64,000 nucleotides of DNA from Podarcis bocagei (lineage: Eukaryota): NCBI GenBank assembly GCA_964188305.1, contig OZ076887.1; one strand, written 5' to 3'. Position numbers and translations under genes: made by a program. This document shows positions 1-11,189 of this stretch, in pieces; position 1 is the first letter of the stretch; the number at the start of each line of letters is the position of its first letter. Under the pieces are notes generated by a model. That model did no database searches and had not been told where the DNA came from. It was given only the letters and a program-made list of their open reading frames with translations.

Positions 1-530
1 TGCCCACCAATAGCTCTTGTGGTACCCATGAAAGGTCTCAGTAAATGCCTCCTCAAAAACCCACGATGTAATGGAAACTTTTTGCTGTTTCTGCTCAGTT
101 TCTGTTTTCACTGGCTCGGTATTGGATACCAGGATTTGACACTCACCCTCCATTGTGCTCTGAACAGAAGAGAGGTGCAAAAAGCTGATCTCTGAATGAG
201 CATGGCAGTGGCTGATGCAGAGGCCTTTCCCCCATAATCGTGGGGGTGGCTGATATGAGCAAATGTCTGCACCATTTTAGGATCCTATTGCTTTCTGTCT
301 TTCAAAAGATTGCAAAATTTATTTTAAAATAGCATCTCTTCCTTTGCAATACATTGTTGTTTTAAACAATGATACACAAGCAGCCATATCCAGCACCATC
401 ATAGATCTACAAATAAATTACAAACACCATTACTAATTCACTTGTTCTGTTGTCCAACATCTGACTGATTTTATCTTCTCACGTTTATTGTGACTATTAA
501 ATTAGAATTGCATACATAAAGGGGGGGGGA

Positions 531-864
531 GTTCAGCTGAAAGAAAAAAAACCAAATCCTGTTTGGGCTTGGGAAAGACAATGATTCTCATGGCAATATT
601 GTATAAAGAGGGATCAACTTTCCCAGAATCCATTCCTTCTGACTTCTGATGCTTTTGCCCTTAAATAAGAACTAAATTTAGCCAGCTTTGCAAGGTCCCC
701 CCCCTTTTTTATTAAACCAATCTTTCTGCTCTTTTAGATGTCGCTAAAACATCTAAAGCAGGCCGGCTGAGCTGTTTGCTGTTCAGTTCTGTTCCAGCTT
801 ACAAATAAAGAGCTGCTTTGGAGAAATCGCTGCGTCGTCTGCTATGTCTACCCACTATTTAACA
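531..864 (+). mobile_element. Possible LTR remnant
   Basis: Preceded by a PPT-like AAAGGGGGGGGGA (518-530), with AATAAA at 804-809 and a ...TTAACA end. No TG start or TSD seen. Confidence 0.3.
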
Positions 865-1049
865 CACATGGCTGTTGTTGTTCTGTTGTGAGTGCTGTGC
901 AGGAAGGAGCAGACACACACTCTGAGGTTGCTGAGTAACAAAGAATATTTTGCTTGTACAGCACTGTTATTGCTGGCACCAACTAGAGGCATTAACTGTA
1001 ACCGACTTTACAGCGACTATATCAGTGATGACTGTGTTCTACTTTCTCT

Positions 1050-1228
1050 TTGGAGGTACGGTAGTTTGCCTCTGAATACCATTTGCTGGGAATCACAGGT
1101 GGAGCGAGTACTGTTGTGCTCAGGCTTGTGGGCTTCCCATAGATGTTTGTGGTTGGCCACTGTGAGAACGGGGTGGTAAACTAGATAGGCCATTGACCTG
1201 ATACAGCATGCTCTTCTTAAATCCTCAT
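1050..1228 (+). mobile_element. CR1 LINE 3' fragment
   Basis: Similar to 39105-39299 (ggttggccactgtgagaac...ctaga...gctcttct). Confidence 0.65.
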
Positions 1229-1487
1229 GGAGCCAGTGTGGTGTAGTGGTTAGGAATGGTAGTCATGTAATCTGGGGAACCGGGTTCGCGTCTCCGCTCC
1301 TCCACATTCAGCTGCTGGGTGACCTTGGGCCAGTCACACTTCTTTGAAGTCTCTCAGCCCCACTCACCCCACAGAGTGTTTGTTGTGGGGGAGGAAGGGA
1401 AAGGAGAATGTCAGCCGCTTTGAGACTCCTGAAGGGGAGTGAAAGGCGGGATATCAAATCCAAACTCTTCTTCTTCTTCTTCTTCTT
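1229..1487 (+). mobile_element. tRNA-derived SINE, Squam3-like, with (TTC)n tail
   Basis: A-box (TGGTGTAGTGG) and B-box-like (GGTTCGCGTCT) head, GTGACCTTGGGCCAGTCAC core, CCGCTTTGAG 3' motif and (CTT)n tail. Confidence 0.85.
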
Positions 1488-4400
1488 GGAAATTAACTCT
1501 ACATAGATTTAACATCTGAGAAACACCTGTTCGCACCATCAGCTTTGTCCATGTGCTCGTGTGAGGAAAGGCTGCTCTGTGGACTGCTCACCTGGGGAGC
1601 TGTTTCTCTGATCACAGATGCTGGAAAAAGTTCTGTGACTATTATAAATACGGCTGTCATCTCCCCAAGCGTACAGTTAGGGTTTTACATGCCCGTCTAT
1701 GTCCTTTCAGAATTTAAGAATGGGAACCGGCTCAGAGTGTTCAGGGAACCACAAATGTCTCCCTCCTGTTTGCGGGATGTGACTGCCGAGGTTCGTGAAA
1801 TTCTGCTCATGTGATTAATTTTTGCCATGTTGGTGTTTTGATAAGTTTTGTAGTTCTTTGGTTGAAAACATGAGACTGTCAAGGCATATTTGGACACTGG
1901 CAGCATGGCATCACATTGCAGATGCTTACTGTTTCAAGATAAAGCTGACCTCACACCAGCGAAAACAAGGGATTCGCTAAACTAGCAAAGGTTTATGTCG
2001 TGCCTTTCCCTCTTTCTATTCCTTTATACCAGCTGAGAAAAAGATTCAAACATGCCATTCCACCCGCCTCTCAGTCAATATTAATGGGTAAGTGTTGCCA
2101 ATGCATAAGATGAGAGGCATTACAAATGTCTAACCTTGTTCTCCCTGCAGCCAGAGAAAGCAGAATTAATCTCTGAGCTCTTGCTGTTCACACCACGTCT
2201 GCCTTGCCACCCTTTGAAGATGATAATAAAACTCAGCAGCAGGCTTAAAACTCCTGCAAATGTAAATATCTACTAGCAGAGTTCTATGAATCGGATGCCT
2301 TCCCCATTCACATCAGAGGGAAACAAATGCAGTACATTTTGATCCTATCCTTAGCTCAGAAATGTAAAATAAAACCTCAAAGGATCAACAGTTAGCAGTA
2401 TTTTATTATTATTGTTTTCCTTTCTAGCTCCGAAGATGCCAATTCAACCTCAACAGAAAGGTGTGGCCAGGAAAGGAATTACTAGCTCAGCTCTACCCAT
2501 GATCATTTACCTCTGAGCTAAGCAGCCACTTGAGAAGGTGATAGATATTTATAGATCCAAACAATCCTTCTCCAGCTGTTGCCAAACACACAGCCAACTC
2601 TCAGTTTAGGGTGTCCATACTGTGGATGGGGGAAGAAATTCAGTTCAGGGTGCGTTTTAAATGTGAGCTTACCTAATTCACGCTTCCTGCAACAAGGAGT
2701 GAACTGAAACACAGCTATCCTTCACAATTTCCCGAATTTTGCGACAAACGTCTCCACTCCGAGACATGCATGCATTAGTGGAAAGTGTGCATTTTAAAAA
2801 GCTTGGACCCAAGTTTGCTGAAGCTATGAGAGGGGCAATGAGAGACACTATTGGGGCATAATCTTCCGCACCCACTCCATTCTGCAGACTTCCAGGTGTA
2901 AATATGACCCTTTGGCTGATTTAGATTCTCAGCATTGAAATTTCACACTGTCCAGAGTTTAAGGTTTAAGCTATGCACATGCCAGCACAGCTGTTGTTCA
3001 GGTAATGGGCTGCAAATGAAAGGCTACATGAAGTCCTTGCCTTATGGCTGCGCCAATGGCAGCTCCTGGCTGGGAAGCTGACACCGCTGGAACTTTCTTG
3101 CAAGGTAAGTGAAATGTGGTGAGAAGCACACAGGAAACTTCGCTGTGCGTTAAGCTTCCCACCAGGCCACTGTCTGTGCGTGTAGAAACTAAGCCGGTTA
3201 GCCTTGCAAAGTGGATCTGCTCATGCTAATCCAGGTTTAACCCTTGGGCTGAGGCCATGACACTAGCAATAGTGAATCCAGGGCAGTACGTGTTCAATCG
3301 AGGAAATATTTTTGAAAAGGCAGTTTAAAAATAAAAGACAATCTCTTAAAAACAACAACACGGGTATAAAATGAGATTGACTGATGCTAATTCTTGGGAA
3401 TTTAACTTCAGCACATGGTCACATCCCCAGCTGATTGATATCTAGCAGGAGGGGGTAGCACACTAGTATATATAAACCTGCAAACATAGATCTGCCAGGG
3501 GGCAGTGGGTGCTTCGGCACCCACAATAATATATTTGGGGGGCTGGGCCCCCTCAAAGTCAATGGGCAAAGTTGAAGCCCTTTGTTGCAGGCACCTAGTC
3601 TTTGGTGTGAGATGGCACCTGTGGATCTCATAATGATGCAGAGAATATTCTGATTCACGACTTTGTCTCCCAGCACCCTGACTAATGTGTCCGTCTTTCC
3701 CTGGCCTGTTGATCCTACTTTGCCTCCTCACCTCTGTCCAGCACTCTGCTGCTTGAATCATCCAGCATTCACATGGCTCAGACCGCGTGATTGTCATTCA
3801 ATCCCTGTGCTGGCTTCCTGCCTACTCCCAGAACCAGTACAGGATCCTTGCTTTAAATCCCAGTGTATCTTTGCCTCAGTTGCCTGTGGCGATTGCTTAC
3901 CTGGTTGCAACGCTCTCAGCCAGCAGTGGCCCCAGAGTCATGGTGGCACTACATTTGCCAGGACGGGGATGGGGTGGGGCAGGAGAAGGGAGTGGTGAGG
4001 TCAGGGCAGTTCTGCCTTGCCTGCATCGGCATCCTGCAAGTGTACACACAACCATGGGACCCCAATGCCACCAACTTGGAGCCCCCCTACTCTTGCCATG
4101 CCCTACCTTATCCTGATGAACACGGGCAGCTGCCGCCAAGAGAGTACTACTGCTTTTTGATCACCCCTTACATCCTACTGCTGCCCTCAGGCATATGAAG
4201 TTCTCTTCTCCATCAATAAATTTCACCTGTCCTCCTTTGCCGCTCCTTATGCTTTCAGCCTGCACCTATCTACACAGGCTCACCTCTCTGGCTTAAAAAA
4301 TGTTGCCCTGTTTTCTGATTCTTGGTAACACAACAGCGTGATGATAGGGATGTGACCGAAACATGGGAAATTGCTTTTCAATATATTGTTGCTCCATTTA

Positions 4401-4822
4401 GTAGCACATATAGAAATTGACAGAAATCTGACCAACATAGGGCCACTGAGAAACACGAGGAAGTTATTGGCGTGTTTGGTGAACCGCAAGATTTGCAGAT
4501 GTACAAAGATCTATTATGAAACCCAAGGAGGCAAATCTTTCCAAAATCAGGTCAATGAATAAGACCCATGTTCAGCTATCTCCAGGAGTTTGCAACTGGA
4601 GACTATATACAACTAAACAGTTGCACTAGCAGAAGTTAGAGCAACAATTCTAGCTAGTGCAAAGGGACTTCCCCCCTCTTTTCCCCACTATGCACCCTCC
4701 CCAAATCTGAGACCCCCAGAGCAGTGCACAATGGGGTGGGAGAGGAGATTGTTCCATCAGTGCAAGCAATCTTCTTAACACTACTTTGAATATAACCCTA
4801 TGATTTTAACTTCAAGGTTACA

Positions 4823-4914
4823 TTTATTTTAACAGTTTATTGGTGGAAAATCACAAAAGTACAAATGCAATATAAAACTCCGCAACTAAAAAAAAGAGAG
4901 AGATATAATTTATT
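4823..4914 (-). terminator. Candidate PCARE poly(A) signals: AATAAA on minus at 4909-4914, 4836-4841 and 4823-4828
   Basis: These are the first canonical AATAAA hexamers I read downstream of the PCARE stop, in U-rich, TGTA-containing context. An ATTAAA occurs earlier, at about 5374. Confidence 0.5.
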
Positions 4915-5235
4915 CCACGGCAAGGTTTCTCACCGTGGCTTATAAAGCGAAGAAATGTAGGTTTTGAATATACATCACTGTGTAATTCATATTCACAAAT
5001 ATACAGACTTGGTGAAAAATGGAAATGGTATTTACACAAATATACATAGCAGTGTAACATAACTTTAAAAAAATACAGAAACTTTTTAAAAGCCAATAAC
5101 CAATACAGAGTCATATAAAGCTGGTTGGTAGCAGAAATGTGGAATTTATGTGCTTATGTAATTATTCTTTAAAAAATACTTCATAAATAAATTGATGGTC
5201 TGCCTTCAATCTCAAGTGTAGCCTTACATTTAAGC

Positions 5236-5371
5236 CAGCCTTCTCCTACCTGCTGTCTGCCAGACTTTTTGAACTACATCTTCCATCAGCCCATCAGAAC
5301 GCATGTGATTGGGGACGGGGAATGGGAGTTGTAGCCAAAAACATCTGTACAGCAGCCGGCTGGGGAGAGCC
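5236..5371. mobile_element. Short palindromic MITE, hAT-like
   Basis: Imperfect inverted ends (cagccttctcc...ggggagagc) and an internal gaactaca/tgtagcc inverted pair. A partial copy lies at about 7662-7720. Confidence 0.6.
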
Positions 5372-6123
5372 ATTTTAATCCATATTAATACAGGAGTGAA
5401 TAAAGGACTCCTTTCTCTGGTGCCACCTTATGAACCAAATGAACATTATCACAATGAGAGAAATACTTGGTTGATTGGGCCCATGATCCCGTTTCATGAA
5501 ATATGCAGATGCTTTCTGAGTGCTTCTAAAAAGACCTGATTGGGCATGACACATTTGCTCTCATCAGGAATCAAGATGAAGCTTTTCTGTGATACAGAAG
5601 CAATGAGATTACACAGTGGCTAAGGCTACATCATCTGGTAGGGGGGGAAAAACCCCTAGACCTTGGAAAGAGAGCCTTATCTAAATCATTATTAAATTTC
5701 ATAGATATTATTGTGCATTGGCTGGCTGCCTTTTGTTCTCTTTTTGAATGAGCCCATGCAAAACTGAAATTCAGAATTCATTAGATTTCCCTGAGATGAC
5801 ACCTAGTTTTATAGTCTACCTGCTCTGTCCAAACACGGAGTGGCTAGCAGGTGCAATATCTGCTCCAGGTTTACTACTGCAAGGCATTTCTCATTGCAGC
5901 TGCCTATGCCATACCTTCTGCTCTGTTATGTTCATTTGCACTCTAGACAGAAGTTATTCCAGATATTGAGAGATAGTCCATACTGGGGCAGGAATAAAGT
6001 GGGATACCTTTTTTTTACTGGTCCGGGAAGATTAGTTTTTCATGCATCCATTTCCTTCTAGGCGTGAAAGAGTGGGAATTCTTATGGTGCAAACATGCCT
6101 TTTAGTGTGTTCCTATACCTGTG

Positions 6124-6506
6124 GGATGCGGGTGGTGCTGTGGTCTAAACAACTGAGCCTCTTGGGCTTGCCGATAGGAAGGTCAGCAGTTTGAATCCCT
6201 GCGACAGGGTGAGCTCCTGTTGCTCTGTCCCAGCTCTTCCCAACCTAGGAGTTCGAAAGCACGCCAGTGCAAAGTAGATAAATATGTACCACTGCGGAGG
6301 GTGGGAAGGTAAATGGCGTTTCCGTGCACTCTGGCACTCATCCCGGTGTCCCGCTGCACTAGAAGCATTTTAGTCATGCTGGCCACATGACCCGGAAAGC
6401 TGTCTGTGGACAAATGCCAGCTCCCTCAGCCTGAAAGCGAGATGAGCACTGCAACCCCATGGTCGCCTTTGACAGAACTTAACCATCCAGGGGGGCTTTA
6501 ACTTTT
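6124..6506 (+). mobile_element. Sauria SINE (Squam1), full length, 10-bp TSD TATACCTGTG
   Basis: GGGATGCGGGTGGTGCTGTGG head and gtgcaaagtagataaat core. TSD at 6114-6123 and 6507-6516. Confidence 0.9.
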
Positions 6507-6981
6507 TATACCTGTGTACTTGGAAGTAAGGCCTATTGAACTCAACGGGTCTTACTTTCAGGAGAGTGTTATAGGGGTAGCCTGCTGTACAGAGGTAAAA
6601 ATCACATTCATTGCTCTGACTGTGCTTGTTTTTGCCTCTGGCCCCACCCAATGCTGGCATGTGGCGCCCAGGAAGGTGGCCTTGGGATGATCTGCCACTA
6701 TCTGCTCTGTAAGTACTTCCTTGCAGTTCTCACACACTCTGTAGCTCACAGTGGTCCGGACTGTGACCATGCAGCTTGGCAGATGATCTCTTGGAGGGGA
6801 AAGCTGGTCAGGATGACCTTCAGAACTCAAGTTCCAAAGATCTGTGATGCTAAACCAGGAACCAGTATTCATTCTTCTTTGACATGGTGAAGAAAGTAAA
6901 ACATTGCAGCTTGGGGCTACACATGAAAAGATTCTTGGTCCTGGGCCACAGCTTTCTAGATGCCAGCATAATCACTTCCAC

Positions 6982-7111
6982 TCAGTCCTTCTGGAGTCCT
7001 TGGCCCACAATGTAGAGTTCAGGGTGGGAAGATGACTTGCCTGCTTTTCTGCCCTCAGAGGAACATGGACTGTTCCAAGAGTCCACCTCTTTCCTATGGC
7101 TCTCTTCCATT
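6982..7111 (-). CDS. PCARE: PCARE coding exon 2 (last): (R)MEESHRKEVDSWNSPCSSEGRKAGKSSSHPELYIVGQGLQKD*
   Basis: The acceptor is ttctctatttgcag|A and the phase matches exon 1 (AG+A = Arg). The peptide resembles the recalled human exon 2 (SPCS...PEFCVLGHGLQ). Total protein is 1291 aa. Confidence 0.92.
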
Positions 7112-9800
7112 CTGCAAATAGAGAAGATGTTTAAGTCCAAAGGCTAATGACGTATGACCTTTTAAAAGCAAAAGAATGGATATAACATGTAAACTCATGA
7201 TGGAACACCATCAGCAGCTATTTAGGTGTTTATTATTCTGTACAATCCAGTTTTAAATTCTTATTGCCTCATACCAAAATGAAGCTCCATTACATAAAAA
7301 TCTATCACCATTTGGGAGCTAAGAATTATTAGCACAGGTCGTCAAAGGTAACGCAAATTCTGCATCAAGAAAAGTACACTTCTGTCATCTGTATAAAGTA
7401 TGCAAATAAAAAAATTAAAGTGAGGAGGACTATTGGTTTGTTTTAATTTTTGTTTTATCGTGTATTTTGTGTTCTCATTTTGTATTTTTTTGTTGTGAAG
7501 GAAAGTATATAAATTTAATAAATAATAACAGTAATACTTATAAAAATTAAGCAAATGTGCACATGGTTTCATAACCATGAAAGCTGAGGTTTTCAGAATG
7601 CTGAATATTCACATGAAATTCACATTCGCATGTGTTTCTTCATAGGTATATGTTTTATCACAGACTTTACCAACCTGGCACCCTCCAGATGATTTGGACT
7701 ACATCTCCCATAAGCCCCAGGAAGCACCTCTGGGTAAAGGACCTGTCTGCAGTGCTTCTCACACTGATGTAACATATATCTGACTACTTCCCATAAATTA
7801 AGTAATTGCTGGATAAGGTAAAAAATAGATTGCGCTATCTGCATCAATATTTCATGTACAAACAATAAAAGATAACATGATTTGGTACAAATGCATTTAA
7901 TGAAAAAGCACCAATATACATATTGTTATGAGTTGTGGGTGGCCAGGGATTGCAGGTGCCAGTTTCCCCTAAATTCCTGGGTCTGATAGGTGTTAGAATT
8001 TAATCATTGCTTGGAGTGTTAAAATGGGCTACCAGACAGTTCTAGGATTCTGTATTATGTAAAGAGGTGGGCCATTAACAGAAAATAAAGACTGTGCAAC
8101 CTGGCAAATAGGTGGAGCCCCTCCTTGAGCTCTGAGATAGTTAGCAAAGATAAAACAGAGTAGCGTTTAGGATTTCAGTGATAGGAGAAAATAGTGGCTG
8201 TCTGTAAAGCACAGCAGGCTGGGGAGAGGGGCAGAGAGCACATTTGAGAGCAATGGTTGGGGTCAGCTTAAATCCAAGGCTGCTGTGGCTATTGGAGCAG
8301 CCAGAACCTCTTGGGGTATTGATGCTGTGAACCCCTCCATTGTAGGCTCAGGATGTGCAAATATGTGCAAATAAACCATATATCATAAAGACACCTGTGC
8401 CTCATTTTCCAAAAGGAAACACAGACCCTGGTTAAACATGCCTGGAAACCGTGGCATCTTGCACCTTTCAGAGTTTGGGGTAGCATTTATCAACAGAGAG
8501 TTAGATTTAAGTACTTGAATATACAAAATCTGCACCTGGAATTTGTGTGTGTCCTTGATCTTATCCACTTTTAAATTTTGTCCTCTATTTCTGTGTATGT
8601 TACATGGTTCCGTTAATGGAAAAATAATGTGGAGCGTTTGATACACCTTACAATCCTACACATGCCTACTCACACTTAAGTACCAGGGAGTTCAGTGGGT
8701 ATAGGGTTGCTGTCTTATACCCTTAAAAGAAGCGTTAGAATAATATCCTGATGAGGTCCTGATCCGATACAAATTTACCTGTATCTGGAAAGATGACCCA
8801 AGGCTTTGCTTGGGGTCTGAGTCATTAAACCAGCTTTGTGGCCCTAAGTGGAATATTTGAACAGTATTTGTTCAAAGCTCCTCTCCCAGCTGTTACCCCA
8901 TGGAAAGGCCTTTAATCTGATAGCCATCACTGGACTAAAATAAACTTTTTTTTCCTATTACACATGCACAAATCCTATTATGGATTAGCGGGATTTGTAC
9001 GGGCAGAGCATCCGTGCTGTGAAAACGTGCCCCTCAGCTAAATTCCAGCAAAAGGCCAGCCTCATAAGAGCAAAGTAACTCACTAACCCCCTCCTATTAC
9101 GTGAGCAGATGGTTTCTGGTTCCCATAGCTTAAAACACCGACAGGCCATTCCCCTGGTACTTATGAAGCTACAACAGATGCCAGAGCTCTCTAATTGGGG
9201 CCAGTGACACATCTCGCTCAAGAGAGAGCCCAGAGTAAAGGGAAAGAGCAAACGCTTCATTGGAAACTGATCCTAGGCCTGCGTTTACATAATCAGTTAT
9301 TCTGGGATAACAACCCCCGGGCACTCTTCTGCCTCTTTATTGTTTTGTTTACAAGTTGAAAGGCGGAACCCAAGGTTGAAGAGAGCTGGTTAAACACAGA
9401 AACAAAACAAGGGATTAGAAGATCAGAGGTGCTCGGATAGCTTCTTTTTCTTCCCAGAATACATATTCCTGAGGTAAATCAGCAGGACTGCAATCTCTGC
9501 TGGTTTGAGGGCTTAACTGGACTCTCGCAGAAGGCTTAATGTTACAGGACAGGAAAGCAACAGTCCCATACAACTTCTTTCTCTTTTCTTTGTAATGCAA
9601 GGAAAATAAAATTATTCCAGGAAAGGTAAATGATGCCTTTGGCATTACGGATCCTGTAACGTCAAGTTAAAACCTGAGAAATGTTGGACAAATGTCTCAA
9701 ACTGTCCCCAAGTTGCAATGCACCATGGCATGTTCATAACAACCTGAGAAACAGAATGTACCGTCCTGTCAAGTGGTGGTGGTGGGGGAATCTACCATTT

Positions 9801-9977
9801 GGTATGCAGTTGTGGTAAAATTCTTCCCCTCAGTGCAAAAGGTCGTACGTTCAATCTCTGGCATCTCTAGGTGGGTTTGGAAGTGTCTCCATTCTGAAAT
9901 CCCATGCTCGGTCAACGTACAGGATACTGACCTAGATGGACCAATGGTCTCACTCAGTATAGGATAGCTTCCTATAT
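9801..9977 (+). mobile_element. Old tRNA-derived SINE, Squam2-like
   Basis: gttcaatctctggcatctctaggt...ctagatggaccaatggtct...agcttcctat. Related copies at about 10605, 34590, 46768 (minus) and 52905 (minus). Confidence 0.65.
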
Positions 9978-10604
9978 CCCTGGCCGATACATGTAAGTTT
10001 TAAAAACTTTTTTAAAAATATAACATTGTATTTACGGTTGCCAGATTCTGCGCACAGATTTGCAGGCACATGCCACCCCCGAAATAATTTAGTTCACTAG
10101 GAAAACAGCCAAAGTCGCCCTCCAGGGTGTCAGGGCCAATTTGTATGGTAGTCCAAATTTTTAGGTCTTTATGTGTTTATGCACTTATCTTAGATTTCAA
10201 TCATTAAGCTGTTGTTGTACACTGCTTTAAATGTATATTTTATTCTTTTGAAAGCTGTCCCGGTTGTGCTTTTCGAGCTGGTCTTTGACCATAATAAATT
10301 ATGATGATGACATTGTATTTTAAATTGTTGTAACCTGTCCTGGAATCATAGGGTGAAGGACAAGTAATAAATTTAATAATAATAATAATATTCTGTCAAA
10401 ACACCCAGTGTATGAAGCTATCTCCAGGACACAACTGAAAACTGAAGGATGCTTCTGAATTCTCATACTTCATGCTATGAGCTAGTTCTGTAAACAAGTC
10501 ATTGCAGTAGGTAACTCATGGAAAGGCACATAGGCTTTTAAACTGCAGTGTGAAAAGTAACCCATCATGCATTTCTTACATCAGCATCCTACGCTTGGCA
10601 GGGT

Positions 10605-10715
10605 GGGAAAAGGTCGCCGTTCAGTGGCAGAGGACCTGGGCAGAAAGTCCCAGGTTCCATCCCTGGCATCTCCAGGTGGGGCTGGTAGAAACACCTGCCT
10701 GAAACCCTGGAGAGT
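10605..10715 (+). mobile_element. Squam2-like SINE, 5' part
   Basis: tcagtggcagag...ccaggttccatccctggcatctccaggt...cctgaaaccctggagag. Confidence 0.65.
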
Positions 10716-11189
10716 TCAGAGAGCCTGATAGCTTCACTGCAACTTTGTGAAATAAGATATTCGAGGCATAAAGGCACTTAGTCAGGTGTCACAGGTGAGC
10801 AAGGATTTAGAATCCCAGGTTTCCCACACCCACGCCCAGCATGGACTCTCATAATAGTACTACGTGGAAAGCCAGTCAAGTTGGCAGCATGGCTGGTGGT
10901 GCTGATGTTGGGGTGGTTTCCCAGCTGTCATATGGGCAAATATGGGCAAGAGAGGAATCGGGGAAGGATTTGCTTCACTTCACTGTGCATTTTCAAAACC
11001 CATGTGCAGATGTAACACAAGGGAACAGGTGGTTTTGTTTTTTTTACCTATTCCTCACTCACACAAATCCTACTTGTAGGAAAGAGATATTAGTGACAGA
11101 TATGGGTGCAACGAAGTTACTTGCCTGGACTATAAGGCTGACTATACATCTAAATGCAACTTAAAGGCTTTGAAAATTCTGACTCTTAC

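Noticed and set aside
1229-1300. tRNA genes at SINE heads (also 38738 and 54243)
   Set aside because: The A/B boxes belong to tRNA-derived SINEs and no cloverleaf is present.
3408-4280. Cluster of about 110-130 aa ORFs followed by AATAAA (possible gene or LTR)
   Set aside because: No recognisable protein, splice structure or TSD.
1-4800. 3' exons of TOGARAM2, expected here by human synteny
   Set aside because: I could not recognise any TOG-domain coding exon.
11186-11189. ORF-track stop of the 1249-aa PCARE ORF as the true C-terminus
   Set aside because: The TAA lies within the donor GTAAGA and an in-phase exon 2 exists.
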